From assembly GCA_004431415.1 (NCBI GenBank), contig QPMI01000503.1, positions 244,163 through 308,162 on the forward strand: a stretch of DNA of 64,000 nt, given 5' to 3'. How positions within the stretch are numbered: position 1 is the first letter of the stretch; the number at the start of each line of letters is the position of its first letter. The stretch is from Cyanophora paradoxa CCMP329 (Eukaryota > Plantae > Glaucophyta). Positions 34,545-48,300 of the stretch are shown here, one piece after another. A program made the position numbers and the translations under genes. Under the pieces are notes generated by a model, which was given only the letters and a program-made list of their open reading frames with translations, did no database searches and had not been told where the DNA came from.

Positions 34545-36367
34545 TACGGTGGGGCGCCTGTGTGTTCGGAATGCGCAACATTATATATTTAGCAAATAAC
34601 AAGCGAGTCCCTGCGGAGCAGGAGTGGCCTTGGGTCTTGGGGCTTCAAGGCGTGAGGGTGGCAGCTCTTTGTTTTAAAAACGGGGGACCGCAACCGGTAC
34701 CGCGCGCGGTTACGGGGGAGGGGGGAGGAGAAACAGGGGGGTCCACTCGGCAAGGGTCACACTCAAGTGAGAGGGTACATAATTAATATATTGCCGCAAG
34801 GGTACAGATATCAATGCGGGGCACAATCGGCCGCAATTGTACCGAGTACAGGCCCCGAGGGGCCCATTGGTCGTCTCAGCTGAATGGAAACGACTTTCGG
34901 CGCTTTTTGGAGGTGGTTAATAATTATCTATGAATCATTTGAATGTAATTCGCAGTAATAAGGCTCTGTCTAAATTGTTTATTTTGATAATCTTTCAACT
35001 AACGCATCAAGTATATTTAAAACCCACCTCGTGGCACACAACGACCCTGACTCATACAAATTTGCTGGCCGGCCACGTGGCGCTCCGTTAATTTGGAAAC
35101 TATTTCCTAGCGAATGGGGTGCGGTCTTTTGAAATTAATAATTTTCAGATTTCGACTTTGAGGACCAATGTGATTTGCGCTTTCTATTTTTTTCCGGGAA
35201 AATGCTTTTCTGTGCTTTTCGACGTGCTGTTACTGCCCATTAGAGGCCTCTCATAGGAAAACGGGCCGGACCATCGTGCTCCCCAGGGTCTAAAATGGGG
35301 TAGTAGGTGTCCTCAAATATACGAATTTCGCTTTCTAAAATTTGTGACAAGATACCAACAGACCTAAGGGCCTCTCCTTTCCCCAAGGCCGATAATACAT
35401 CATTCGTTGTTGTATACATTTCATTCGCGACGATGGCAATTGCAAGCGTCCGAGGGGCACGGAATTCGAATGACGGCGATCGCGATTGGGATTTTGACCG
35501 TTGGCAATCAGCGGCTGGATCGGGCTAGAAATAGTTTCGAAATTCATTGATACCATGATCATCTACCGGACAAGGACCAGGGCATGCGTATGTCCAGCGC
35601 AAGCTTGCAATTTAGGGCGGCGCACGCGGACCCTGCATGCGCATTCATGCGCTATCTGACATATTCTCGAGCTCCATCATGGCATAATCACGTGTAGATT
35701 CACAGAAACTGACTCTACAGAAACTGCGGCAATTGCATCTAAGAGTCATCTATATATGCAGTGCATCTGCATATGCAGTACTTTGAACCCGTATGTATAC
35801 TTCCATTGTGGCTGATCATCGGATGGAGACGGATTGGGGTTAATATTTGACTGAGCTCACAGCGGAGCGTCGACGTCGAGCAGCGGGCAGAAAAGACAAG
35901 TACTACCAGGAGCTAGGTCTACATATACGTATACCCGGTCAGTTCTACCCCTTAGAATAACGCTGCTTACGCTGCAGCACAGTGTTGAGCGTAGAATGTA
36001 CATGTGTAGGCACAATGAAAACCTAGCTGCGTCGGCCTAGGGTGTATAACCAGCTGTATGCGAAAAACCTTGAGAGTCATGATCGCAAATTAAGCGCTCA
36101 CTCCAATACTCAATCTAATGCGCCAAGTACGGGGCTCGATTTAGACCTTGCCAGCTTTCTGCTTGTTTAAGTCCGGATCCCGATCTCGATCGGATCTCGA
36201 ATCTGGGCGCCGCTGGTTGTTTCGCCAGCCATGGCGGAGAAGGAAGAGGCTCGCAACGCCGACAACGACCGTCGCGAGGAGGGTCAGCGAGCTCACAAGC
36301 CCCGCAAAGACGAGCTGCGCGCGAAGGCATTCAGCTGTACAGAGCGGTCGTGGTTTTCAACACGGCG

Positions 36368-39300
36368 CTAGCGCTTTCGCACCTTGTCGTCCGTCCAAGA
36401 AGGGGAATTCAGCGAGCCGGCCCCGCCCATGCCGGAGCGCTCGGCCGCCTCCTCTGACGGGACGCCCCGCGTAACGAACGTCGCCTCGAGCTCGCCCGTT
36501 TGAACCAGGGCGCCCTGCGAGCTGCTCGGATCCGTCCCTCCGCTCTGCTGGCCGGCGCCACCCCCGCCGCCTGCAGATTGCCGGAGCGCTCGGCCGCCTC
36601 CTCTGACGGGACGCCCCGCGTAACGAACGTCGCCTCGAGCTCGCCCGTTTGAACCAGGGCGCCCTGCGAGCTGCTCGGATCCGTCCCTCCGCTCTGCTGG
36701 CCGGCGCCACCCCCGCCGCCTGCAGATGCCGATCCTCTCGATCCCAAAGCCTGCAAGGGAATTAAGCACGACAAAGAAGAGCGAAACGCGCAATTGCGGA
36801 GGGCGCACGTCGACGAGGACGACCGGGGGGAAGGTTCCGCGGCGGGACTCGATCCGCAGGCTGAACGCGCGCGCCACCTGCGCCTGCGCCAGCGCCCGCC
36901 GCGCCGCGCCCACCGCCGGCATCCCTGCGGCGTTGTCGGCGGCTGCAACGGCGACGGTGACGGGCGGCGGGGCGGGGCGGACGGAAGCGGATGCCCTCGG
37001 GGGCGACGTGAGCCTCGGGGGCCTCGAGGGCGGCGCCGTCTGGGGCGACGAGGACGACGCGCACAGGGTCGCCGGCGAGGGGCCCGAACGCGTCGCCCGC
37101 CGCCCCGATCGTCACCCACTCGCCCTCCTGCGCGGAGTCTCATGGCGGGCGGGGAAGGATGGGCGGGCGGGGCAGGCGCACAGGCAGGGCGGCGAGGAGG
37201 GGCCGGGGCAGCACCATTCGCACAACAGCATCGGATGCCTTCACGCGGCGGGCGCTGACCGTCACGCCCCCGACGGTTACTCGCGACAACGACATCGCCA
37301 GAGCGAAAGGCTCCTGCCGGCGGCGTTCGGATGTCAGGACGAGAGAACTGCAGGACTAAGGAGAGTTCCAGAGGGCGAGCTCGAGGCGAACTGCGGACCA
37401 GCGTCGGGGCCGCGTCGACGGTGGGCGTGGGGGACGCTAGAGGCGGTGTCGGGGACGGCAGCGCGGAGGGGCTTGCAGTGGGCGACGGCACGGCGAGAGG
37501 AGTCGCGGAGGCGGTCGGAGATGGGAGAGGCGAGGGGCAGGGCGATGGGCTGGCGGAGGGCGTGGCCGACGCGGAGGGCGTGGGCGGGGCGGTGGGGGAG
37601 GCGCTGGGCGTGGCGGAGGCGGTGGCCGAGGCGGTGGGCGAGGGGGATGCGGAAGGTGATGGGTACGCCATTGCGGTGGGGGAGGGGCTGGCGGTCGCGC
37701 TCAAGGAGGGCGAGGGGCTCGGGGAGGGCGAGGGGCTGGCGCTCGGGGTGGGCGAGGCGCTCGGCGAGGGGGTGGGCGAGGCAGAGGGCGAAGCGGAGGG
37801 GGAAGGGGTGGCGGGCGTGATGGGCTCGGGCCACGGCAGCTGCTGCCCGAGCGGGTCGCGGTTCGTCTCTGGCGCGGGGTCAGCGGCGAGGCAGAAGAGC
37901 CCAGGGAGGGCCGCGCGGACCGATCTTGAGGACGGCCCAGCGTTCGGCTTCCGTTTCGTCCGTCGTGTTTCCAGATTTTGCCGATCCCGCCACGTACGCG
38001 CCACACCGGCCGCGGAGCTTTGCGGCTTGAGCGAAGCGCCCCCCGGGCACGCCAGTAGCCACCATCGAGAACGCCACTGTTTGCAGGGAACGATGCTTGA
38101 ATTGCGGGAAACAAGCAGAAGCGCTAGCTAGCGCGGGAGACATGTGCAGCGCGCAAACGAACCGGGGACCTCAGTCAGGTTGGCGACTACAATTGTGTGG
38201 TCGAGCTCGCTGCTGTACCCGCCGCCAGGCAATAGCTCGGCGGGGCGCGCCTCCCCCCGCACCAAGAACAGCAGAGGTCCACAAGTCCAGGATGCGCCGT
38301 TCAGGCGCCGGGGCGGGATTGATGAGGTCACATCCAAAGTTTTCCATTCGGAAATGAAGACGTTTAGATCAGCGGAGTAGAGGGCGTGCGCTCCTTGTCT
38401 GTCTTGCACCTACAAGATAGTGAGCGACGAACACGCAAAGGATAGCAGGCAAACGCGCAACGGGGATGTAGTAGTAGAATCGTGCATCTGCGACCGTGCA
38501 TGCACAAACCGACAAAGACGCGTGAGTGCATGCATATTAATTCTGTTCATGCCGCGTGATGCTTATGAGCGAAAGCAAAGGCACCGAAGATGCCACCGTA
38601 TCCAGAAGGGAAAGCATCGCGTTCGTTGTGGGGGACGATTGCGCGCCAGCGGCTATTCACGGCGGCCGTCGGGTTGTACACTCTGCAACACAAGTGATTC
38701 AAAGCGGACGAAAAGTGATCCAAATCCTGCGACGCACACAAGTGACGCCGTTGGTCGGGAGATCCCGCCAGCGTCCACGAACGCACCGCCAGCCGTATAG
38801 AACTGCGACAGGCACTCGTATTCAGCGCTCGAAATCGAACGCTGACCGTTGTGCCGACGCACGCGGCCAGCAAAGCTTGCAGACACAGAGCCCACGCGCC
38901 GCCGGAAGACTATTTCTGATGGCGTGACCTCGATGCAACGGTCAGCGCCGTCTGCGCGCGCCTCAGCTTCGGAGAAAGCAACCATGACCAAAACAAGCTG
39001 AGAGCTTTCGAACCCCAATGCAGGTACTTGGAGGCGTCAGTGCCGGCGTGCGCCACGAAGAAGCGATGCGAGGGCGAGGCACCGACGTCGTCAAAGAGGC
39101 GTTCGGCGCGGCTCAGGCCGACCTCGCAGGCGCCCCGCCCGAACTCGTTCCACACGCCCGTCGCGGGGTTGAACGTGGCTGGGCGGCCTACCGCCAACAC
39201 CGCCGACCCGTCGAAATTCGTACCTATCGTTGCCGTTGCATACCCGATGAGATAGATCCCGGCTGCAGAGAGGCGTTAGCATATACAATCTGACCCGAGC

Positions 39301-42300
39301 ATAGGCAGCTTTACTGGATTCTTAGGCGCACTTGCAACGAGATGCCCCGTCGACTGCTCGAGAGCCATGCCGCCAGAAGGGGAGCCAGCGAGCTTTGGAA
39401 TGGGAATGCGTCGGGAGAGGATGGACGAGCCCGGGAGCAGAGTCACGTTCAGCTGCAGCTTCTCCAGTGAAGGCGGTGCTGGCAAGGACGGCAGAGGTGC
39501 GGCCGGGGTAGCAGCGGATGAGGCGTTGAACGGGCCAGTTGAGCCTGGGTCAGACCAGCCAACTTCGTTGCTGACTAAAGCGGAGCAGACGAGGAGGGCG
39601 CCCGGCCGCAGGCCAACCGCCTCGAAGCGCGCAAAGGTTGCGCCAGGCGGAACGGAGGCGACTTCGCCCCAGAGGGGCTGCCCGCCTCCCGCAGGCCCAC
39701 AGGTCGCTGCGACGCGGGTGATAAACGACCCTCCATTGAAGACGCTGCCGCTGCGGAGCTCGCCGAGAGTGACGTTCTGAAAAGTGACGCGAAGAGAGGC
39801 GCCGCCCGGATACAAGTCGATGGCAGCGACGGTAGGCGGGTACGGAGGGCGCTGCATTGCCGTAAATGGAAGCGTGGTGTGACTGGGAGACTCGCCCGTG
39901 CAGCAACGGCCCTGCATGAAGTTGGACCAGCTCGCTGAGCAAGTGTAGGTTGTGTTCCGCACGAGTCCGGGTAACCAGATCAACATTTCAGGGGAAGACC
40001 CTTGGTCATACACAGAACGCTCAGCTGTCAATGTTTGCACAGCACTTAAGGTTTCGGCTTCCACTGGTGAGCACAAGGCGAGGGCTTTCTGTAGAGGATA
40101 TCCGCCGTCGTCGCCTCTGGTGATGGAGAGGATGAGAGCTATGCCATCAGCGTCGCCGTCGTCAGCGTACTCGATGGTGACTGTAGGCGGGGGCCCGGGG
40201 CGATCATACATGGTGTCAAAGTAACGGGATAACGCAGATCCCCGCCCGCCGCTGTTGGTCGCATAGACAACGCATGCGTACAGATAGGTAGCAGGAGCCA
40301 GGCCGCTGACATTGAGTGTGACAGACGTCGCGCCCGCAGAAACTGGACCTCCGCCAATCCAATAGCGTGTGTAAGAATATATTTCGTCCTTGTAACATTC
40401 CCCCTCCACTTTCGTGACGGGCGCGACAACATCCGCGCGAAACGAAATGGCCAGTGTAGCAGTGCGCGGCGCGAGGTTCTTGATCTCGACGGTTGGTGAG
40501 GGGGGGTCGGCCAGCGACGTGAACGCAAACGAGCGCGACTCTGCCGACCACCCGACCACGTTTCTCACTTTGCCGTAGCACTCGTACGGCACGCCTGCTC
40601 GCAATCCAGATATCACGAAATCAACAGAAGCTGCTCCCTCGGGGACGGGGAGATTCGCTTCCCAGTCCGATGAATTGCTCTCGTGCGGCCAGCGCGGCCA
40701 GCAGCCCACATAAGCGTCGGTGGAGGTCGCGCCTCCGTCAAACGACGGAAGTTTCAGTGTGAGCTTGGCGCCTTGGGGAGATATTCCACCGTACAGAGAG
40801 GACCGCGGCGGCCTCACTGCGCCATGCTCAGATGAATTCATGGCCACGAGCCACCGCCGATTGAGTGCGAACCTTGCGTCAAGTAAATTTTGTCATCCCA
40901 GGATGCAAGCCTGCGACAAGAGGCCGTTGTTTCAGCAATAACAAATACTATACGTGCACAATCGGTACTTGCATTGAGCAGTATAAACCGCTGACAGCAG
41001 ACCCATACGCGGCGTCTGATCTCCAGCGGATCCATCCTAAATCTTCGACCTCAGACCCGTCTGACCATATTGTAATTGACATGAACATCAGCAAAAGCAG
41101 TGCAAATGAAATTATCAAAGTGCACCAGTCGGGTCGAGCAGGAAAAAACCCAGAGTTTCGGTCCATTGCCAGTCGGAGTAGTAAGTGAGGGCCGCGACGT
41201 ACAGAAGGAGCGTGCCACAGGTGACCAGAGCGCGTCCAGATCGATAATTTCCCGAGTTCAACAACCGGAAGTTTCGTGGCGCGCTTCCAGCGAGGTCGAC
41301 CTCACTGAAATACACTCAGGGTCCTGGTGTTTTGCTAAAAAAGCTGTAAACGCACTATAGAGGCGAATGCATGGACAACGGAAGGCCTCCAGTGATGTAC
41401 CACCTACTTGTGATGCGTGCACAGGCGGGCGAGATTCGCGCTGGCATGGAGCTGCTTTCTTGCGAAATCTCAGTGACCCACTCCGCAACTCCCGCAATTG
41501 ACCAGCTGCAATGCGAGTGAGCTGCACATGTGCTTCGAATTCTTCTTACTCACGGCAACGCGGCAAACCGAATAAGGTCAGAGCGCGGTGCAGAGCCGTC
41601 ACTTCCAGCCACGACCTGGACACCCTCAATAAAAACTTGGGCGTAATTGTAATCGCAGAATATGCATTATATGACAAACCCAAATGCTGCCGTTGAAAAC
41701 GGTCGTGCAGTGCGAATGGCGCGGCGTCGGCATGGATGGCAAATCGATCCGTACATTCAACAAGACAGGCAGCATCCAGAACGCATGCAAAGGTGTCCCT
41801 CCATGCATAAGTCCACCTGCAAGCGTTTTGCAAGATACTCATAATCGAGTCTTCAGTGATCATGAGCATGCATAATTGTACGGACCATTGCAGTAGAGAT
41901 AACCGGAGATGTCCTCATCCCATGCGCAGGCGACATTCTTTGCAGGAAACGGGAGCCTGGCTGAGGCAACCACCCACTCACTTGTTTCTGCAGACGATTC
42001 AAAATTAAATCGAGTGAAATGTGTTATGACAAGCGAACTAAAGTTCTTTTAACGAACTTGGACAGCTTTTACTGGACATGTACGGATAGCTGTCGAGACA
42101 TGCTCGTAACTTGAGACACAATACAAGGTCTGACTCATTACCGTTGATAAGACCACCTGCAGATAGCAGACGCAAGCCGCCCTCGTAGCCGCTGCGAAAA
42201 ACTGCGCCAGCGGCAAAGAGCTGACGCATACGTGGGCCATCTATACGCCATCCTGAATAGTAGCCAGTAAGCTCTTGCTTGTCAGAAGAATAAACACCAA

Positions 42301-45300
42301 AATCTGCGAAAGGCAATGTTTCCTATTGAATGAATGAAATCATACTGCGAAAAAATACATTCAGGGTCATAGCGAAGACTTGTGATTGATTCCAAGCTGG
42401 GCGCCGAAGGGGGCTCCCGTGCGATAAAAGGGTCAGAAGCCGTCGTTAAAGACGTCCCCCTGGCGTTGGTGGCTGTCGATGTACAAATGTAGGAGTTGGC
42501 AGGCTGGAGACCGGTTACTGTCAATTCCGCTGCAGGCACATCGTCGAACCCGAGCCCGGAGAAGGCGTGGTGCCCAGTCCAGTCCGCCCCGCAGGCCGCG
42601 TCGACGCGCGTGACCCAGGACCCGCCATGAAATCCCAGTTCTACATACAACTTTGCCGAGCGAGCCGTAACCTCATCAATGAGAACGCTTAGTGGCGCTC
42701 CAGGCGGCTCTGTCGTCAGGAACGACTCCGAGAGCGTGTTGGGAGAGGTTCCGATGCCGTTGCTCACGTTTGCCGAGCAGACGTACGTGGTGTTCACGGA
42801 AAGGCCGGTTGCGTGGAAGCGGGCCTGGTCGCCATCGAAAGTGGAGGTGGTCCCGGTCCAGCCGGTAATGCCGGAAACTGCCTCCGCGCAACTTGCGTCG
42901 GCGCGGTGTATCGACGCCCCTCCGTTGTATCCAAATATGACAATAAAGGAACCGGTAAAGGCTGACGACCCGGTGATGGTGACTGCTGAAGGTGCTTGTG
43001 GAGCCTCCGCTTCAGTCGTGAAACCCGAAGTTGTCGATGGCGAGAGGCCGGCAGAGTTCTGGACGTAGGCTGAGCACGTGTATGCGGTGCTGGGCATGAA
43101 GCCTGCGAAGTCGATGGAAACCGAAGAGTCACCAGGCAAGACAGACGCCGTTCGGACGGACTGCCAGGGCGGCGAAGAAGTATCAACCTGGTTGCAGGCT
43201 GCGGTCGCGTTCTCGATCCAGGCACCGCCATGATACCCGAAAGTCAAAACGACGCGCGCAGCTCTCGCTGTAACCAGTGTGAAACCGATTTCTTGAGGGG
43301 CAGCCGGGGCCTCCGCTTGCGTGAGAAAGGGGTCGGATGTTGTCAGCGCAGATGTGCCTAGCGAATTAGTACTGTTGCCGGAGCACGTGTACGTGCTGTT
43401 CGGCTCGAGCCCAGATACGTCCAGGAGCACATCGGATGCACCAACCGACGCAGACGACGAGCCACACCACGCGATTCGGGTGGAATCGGATTCAGAGCAA
43501 CACGCCGCGGCCCGCGATATCCACAATCCGCCATTGAACCCGAAGACGATGCGCACACGGGCAGAGCGAGCCGAGAGTGCCACGGGAAGAACCGCTGCGG
43601 GAGGGCTCGGTGCCTCGATTGTGAGAAAAGGAAGAGATCCCGTGGTCTCAGACTGTCCGGCAACATTTGCGACGGAAGCTGCACATTGGTACGTGGAGTT
43701 CGGCTGAAGGCGCGTGATTGAAACGATCGCAAAAACCGCGCCCTCTATCACGTGCATGGTTACGTTCTGGCTGAAGGATTCGCTGGAGCCGTCCACCCGC
43801 GCCCTGCAGTCCACCATCGCTCGCGTGATCCATGCCCCCCCATGAAAACCGAAGGTGATATTCACGGTGGCGCTTCGTGCGAGTACTGCAGTCACAATAA
43901 CCGCAGCAGGTGACGCCGGGGGCTCCGCTGCTGTTTGAGTGTCGACAGGTTTGAGGCTCTCCGATGTGCCAACGACATTAGTTGCATTTGCTGTGCAAGC
44001 ATACGTCGTGTTGGGCAGCAATCCGTCAAAGTCAAGGACTGCCTCGGTTGATCTGTAGCCTGCCGGCAGCGACACGGACCGCCAGAGTTTCGCTCCTGAC
44101 GGGGAGACGCACGCCCCGCCGATACGAGTAATCCACGCCCCGCCGTTGAAACCGAGCTCGACTCTGAGGCGAAAAGAGCGCGCATCGACGACAGCTGCCG
44201 ACAGCGAGATTGGGCGTGCCGGACGCTCGGCGAGGGTTCGGAAAGGCTCGGAAAACGAGTCTGGCGAGCTGCCGACCCTGCTCACAATCGTACAAGCAAC
44301 GCGTAAGATTTTGAAGCTGTATCCAGGTATGCAAACGCGAAACCGGTGTATGACTCACGAGTTCGTCACATTTGCAGCGCATTGGTACGTAGTGTTCGGC
44401 TGAAGGGTAGATACGTTCAACCTGACTGATAACAGTGCCTGGGCGACGGAGACTGAGCCATTCCAGGCCATGGCGACCATACTAGATCCTTCGACCAAAG
44501 GCCAACATGTTCCTGTCGCGTTCGTTACCCAGCTTCCTCCATTGCTCCCGAAGACCAATTCAAGAACGGCCCCGCGGGAAGCGATGCTGCTAGAGATAAC
44601 AGCGACCGACACTGGGGCTGCGGGAGGCTGAAGAGCAGTGGAAAAGACAACAGAAACAGATGGCGATGTGCCGATTACATTGCTGACATTCACGCTGCAC
44701 GCAACTGTCGAGGCAGGTGGAAGGTTTGTCGGGTAAATACGCCCAGAGGTGGCACCGGAGTCGGCGGCGACGGTGCCAGTCCACAGAGTCGCAAGTCCAC
44801 CACTTGCTACTAGCACGCACGAGCCTGATATGCGGCTGATGTTTGCACCACCCGAGAAGCCGAAGACGACAAGGAGCGTGACCGAGTCAGCTTGTAGGTT
44901 TCCGAAAGTCACTGATGCGGGAGCTGCCGGCGCCTCCGGAGGAGTGGCGAATTCCAAGCTTGGCGTCGCGTCGGAGGAACCGATCGGATTGGAGGCGACC
45001 GACAAGCAGGCGTACCGGCTGGCAGGCGACAAGCCCCACACGAGCACACGAACGAGTACGGCTGAAGCAGAAACGGGAGCAGTCGCGCTCCAGGCCGGGG
45101 CGCCGCCCGATGCAGGAGAGCAGGTGACAGTGATCGTGGACGCCTGCAGGCCATCCTGGGCGAGAAACACGCTCACAGTGGCGTTGCGGGAGGAGGTGAC
45201 GTTCACGCGGACGTCCGTGGGAGCCGACGGTCTATCAGTGACGGTTGTAAATGGCGGCGATGCGGTGCTGGCGGAGGTCGCAGTTGCGGTCGATACTGAA

Positions 45301-48300
45301 GCTTTGCAAACGTGCGCCACTCCCGGAAGCAAACCGGATACGCTGATTGTTGCGGACTGTGAGCCGGGCTGCACACTCGAACTCCCCGACCAAAGCGCAT
45401 CGCTGCCGCTGTTCAGGCTGCAGATTGCAGCGACGCGGATGACGCTCGACTGAAGAAAGCTAACAACAAGAGTCGCAGTAGTGGACCCGATGTTCGTGGC
45501 TGCCACAGACGTCGGGGCCGCGAGCGTAATACAGCTTGCCGTTCCAATGGACACAAAGCTGAGCGTATTTGCAGGTGTGGGGCTCGCTAGCCCGGGTGAA
45601 AGGTCGTTTGCGGTCGGCGATACGTCATTCTATCGGCCAGCGGGTCAGCCAGCTCAAGCAACCAGAACAAGACTCGAACAACGCACAAAGGAATCGGCAA
45701 GCGGATAATACAACGCGAGATCCGGTGTCGTAGAGGCGACTGTCTTCTGGTAGAAAGCGGCGATCTCTTCGGGCGATCGCTCTCTACTCCAAACGCGAAA
45801 CTCTGGAAAAGAAAAAGGGCGGAGGGGGAGGAGGGGGGGAGGGGGAGAAGAGGCGATACGTCAAGTTCAATTCACAATTATGCAACTGCACGCACACCTG
45901 CAATCTGCGCGTTTTGAAGGGTTTTCTCGTGACCGCGAACAAAGCCCCCGGCACCTAGATTGAACCAGTTGCGAATACCAGAATGCATTGACGAGCACGG
46001 AAAGGTGAACGCAAAGAGGGCGTTAAAGTACAGGGAGCAATTGGATTGCAAAAGATCCACCGGTCGTCCCACAATCTGATAGTCGCTCACAATCTTATAG
46101 TTGCTCACGGCGCCGCCGCGCGACCAAAATCTCCATCCTGTGGCGCTGTAACGCCACTCGACATTGTTGCTCGCAGACACGGTGAGTGCAACATGCGTCA
46201 TTGCGTTTTTCTTCAGATGCAGTCATTTACACTGGTCAGCAAGCAAAGAAAGCAAACGACGCACGGGAAAGAAGTAGTTAAAGAAGTGCATCTTGTCACC
46301 CAACTGCCATGGATCTCCATGTCTCTGCCAGTTCCCGTAGGCGCTGTTAATGAACAAGCCAATGATCCCTGCGGACAGTTCCATATTACGATCATGTGAT
46401 ACAACTACGTTCTCTGCTCGTTGATATCGTGCAATCAAATACATCGCACAATTGTGTTCCAGCTGAAGTCCGATTCGCTTCAGCGAAGTTTGCAGGTCGT
46501 AGGCGACCGCAGCGGCATTGTCGTGAAACTCAAAGAGCCGCTCGGGGCCGTAGCCAGAAGCCGACTCTAGAGCGCAGTTGAGCCAGAATTCGACCGTCCA
46601 TCCTCCTGATGCGTTCAGGTATGTGGGGAAGGTCGAGCGCAAGAATGCCCCGTTCATCCACTGATTAATATCAGCAATTCTTGAAAACGAAAGGGCTGCG
46701 CGCGCGCGCGCGCATAAGCAGATTCACTGATGAGTACATGGCCAGCGACCTCGAAGGGGTGTGCACGGCGCCAGCGCACCTCTGCCCCGAGGAGGTCCCG
46801 ATGTGCTCGTGCACGACTGGCTCGCTACCGCGCGGTCAACGGACGACGCGGAAGTGAACGCGACAGTCTGTGAAGTAGAGACACCGACAGCGTTCTTTGC
46901 CCAGACGGTACACGTGTATCGGGTTCCAGGCTGAAGATCAGATAGAAATATGCGCTCAGATGATGCGGCAACGCGAACAGATGCGGAAAAGACAATTTTT
47001 GCATTTCTTGGTGCCGCAACAAGGCTGCAGCTGGCCGAAACGGATGAAACCCAGGCCGATCCGTGACTGCCGAGCTTGATGTCGATTACGGCGGAGCGGG
47101 GGCCGATTCCACCCACGGAAGCAGAAGCAAGCGCTCCCGGAACCGTCGGAGGGACGGGAGTTGAGGCGTTTGATACTAGAAATATCATGTTTGTTCTCAA
47201 CAGTGTCGAGTTGAGCGGCTCGAAAGGGCGGTGCCCAAAAACTGCAACTCTGCGGGAGGCGACAAAATCGCGGTCTTTTTAATTAATTCAGATTTCGCAT
47301 CAAATTTTACAGGAAGTGCGCACGTTGTGCAAGTTGCGCTGTCAGTCGCAAAAGACGGTCCGGCGAGGGGAAAGACAAGGCCCGTGTTGCTTTCCACCTC
47401 GACCGTCGCCCCAGCTGCGCGCACAGGAACTCGCAAAATAACAAGTAAATGTGTGCGGAAACGAAAGCTTACTATCCGGGTCGATGACGACGGGCATGAA
47501 GCTCTGCCCGATCTGCAGAAGGAGATTTCCGCAGGCGCCGAGGACATTGTACATGCCACCCGCCGTCGCATCTTCGTTCAAAATTGTAACAAGTTTGAAA
47601 GACTTGGTCTGCACAGAAAGATCTACAGCGCTGCCATTCACCAGATCAGACATTTGCAATGCAAATGTGCAGGCCACGTAGCGCACTAGAGAAAGGTCGA
47701 CCCAGCTTTAGTCCACCATTCTTCGGGAGAATTCGAGCTACCAGAAACAAAGAATTTGCTACCTGGATTGCCGGAAAATATTAAGGCGAAACTAGAGAAA
47801 TTGCAGCATATGCAGCTAAAGCGATTCGCGACTCCGTACCAATGCGAGCGCAGCTGACGCCAAACCAGTTTTGATTCGGAAAAGAAGTCCTGGAGAGCGG
47901 AATCTCGGTCGTCCAAGACGAGGAGCCGATTGTCCAGCTGCACTTGAGTGAATCATTTAATCGCAACTCTGAGCAATAACTCTCGTTGATCATGACACTT
48001 GGAATCACCGAATTAACGGATCGGGAGGAGGCGGGCTGGAGGGAGTGTCCCCGGGGTACATGAAAAAGATACCCCCACCAGCAGCAATCTGCGCCGCAAA
48101 CAAGTATGCCGTGCTTCAATTTACATTATTTGTGGAATCCATCCGTTCAATTGCAGGTGCGAAAGCTCACGTAGACGCTCCCCGCATATTCAGTAGCACC
48201 TTCGAACGTGCGCAGGATTACTTGTGGTTATGCGAATGACGCTTAAGCTTATCAATTGTAAACGCACAGTGCTGCCATCGGTCCTGCGGAAGCGGGGCAT

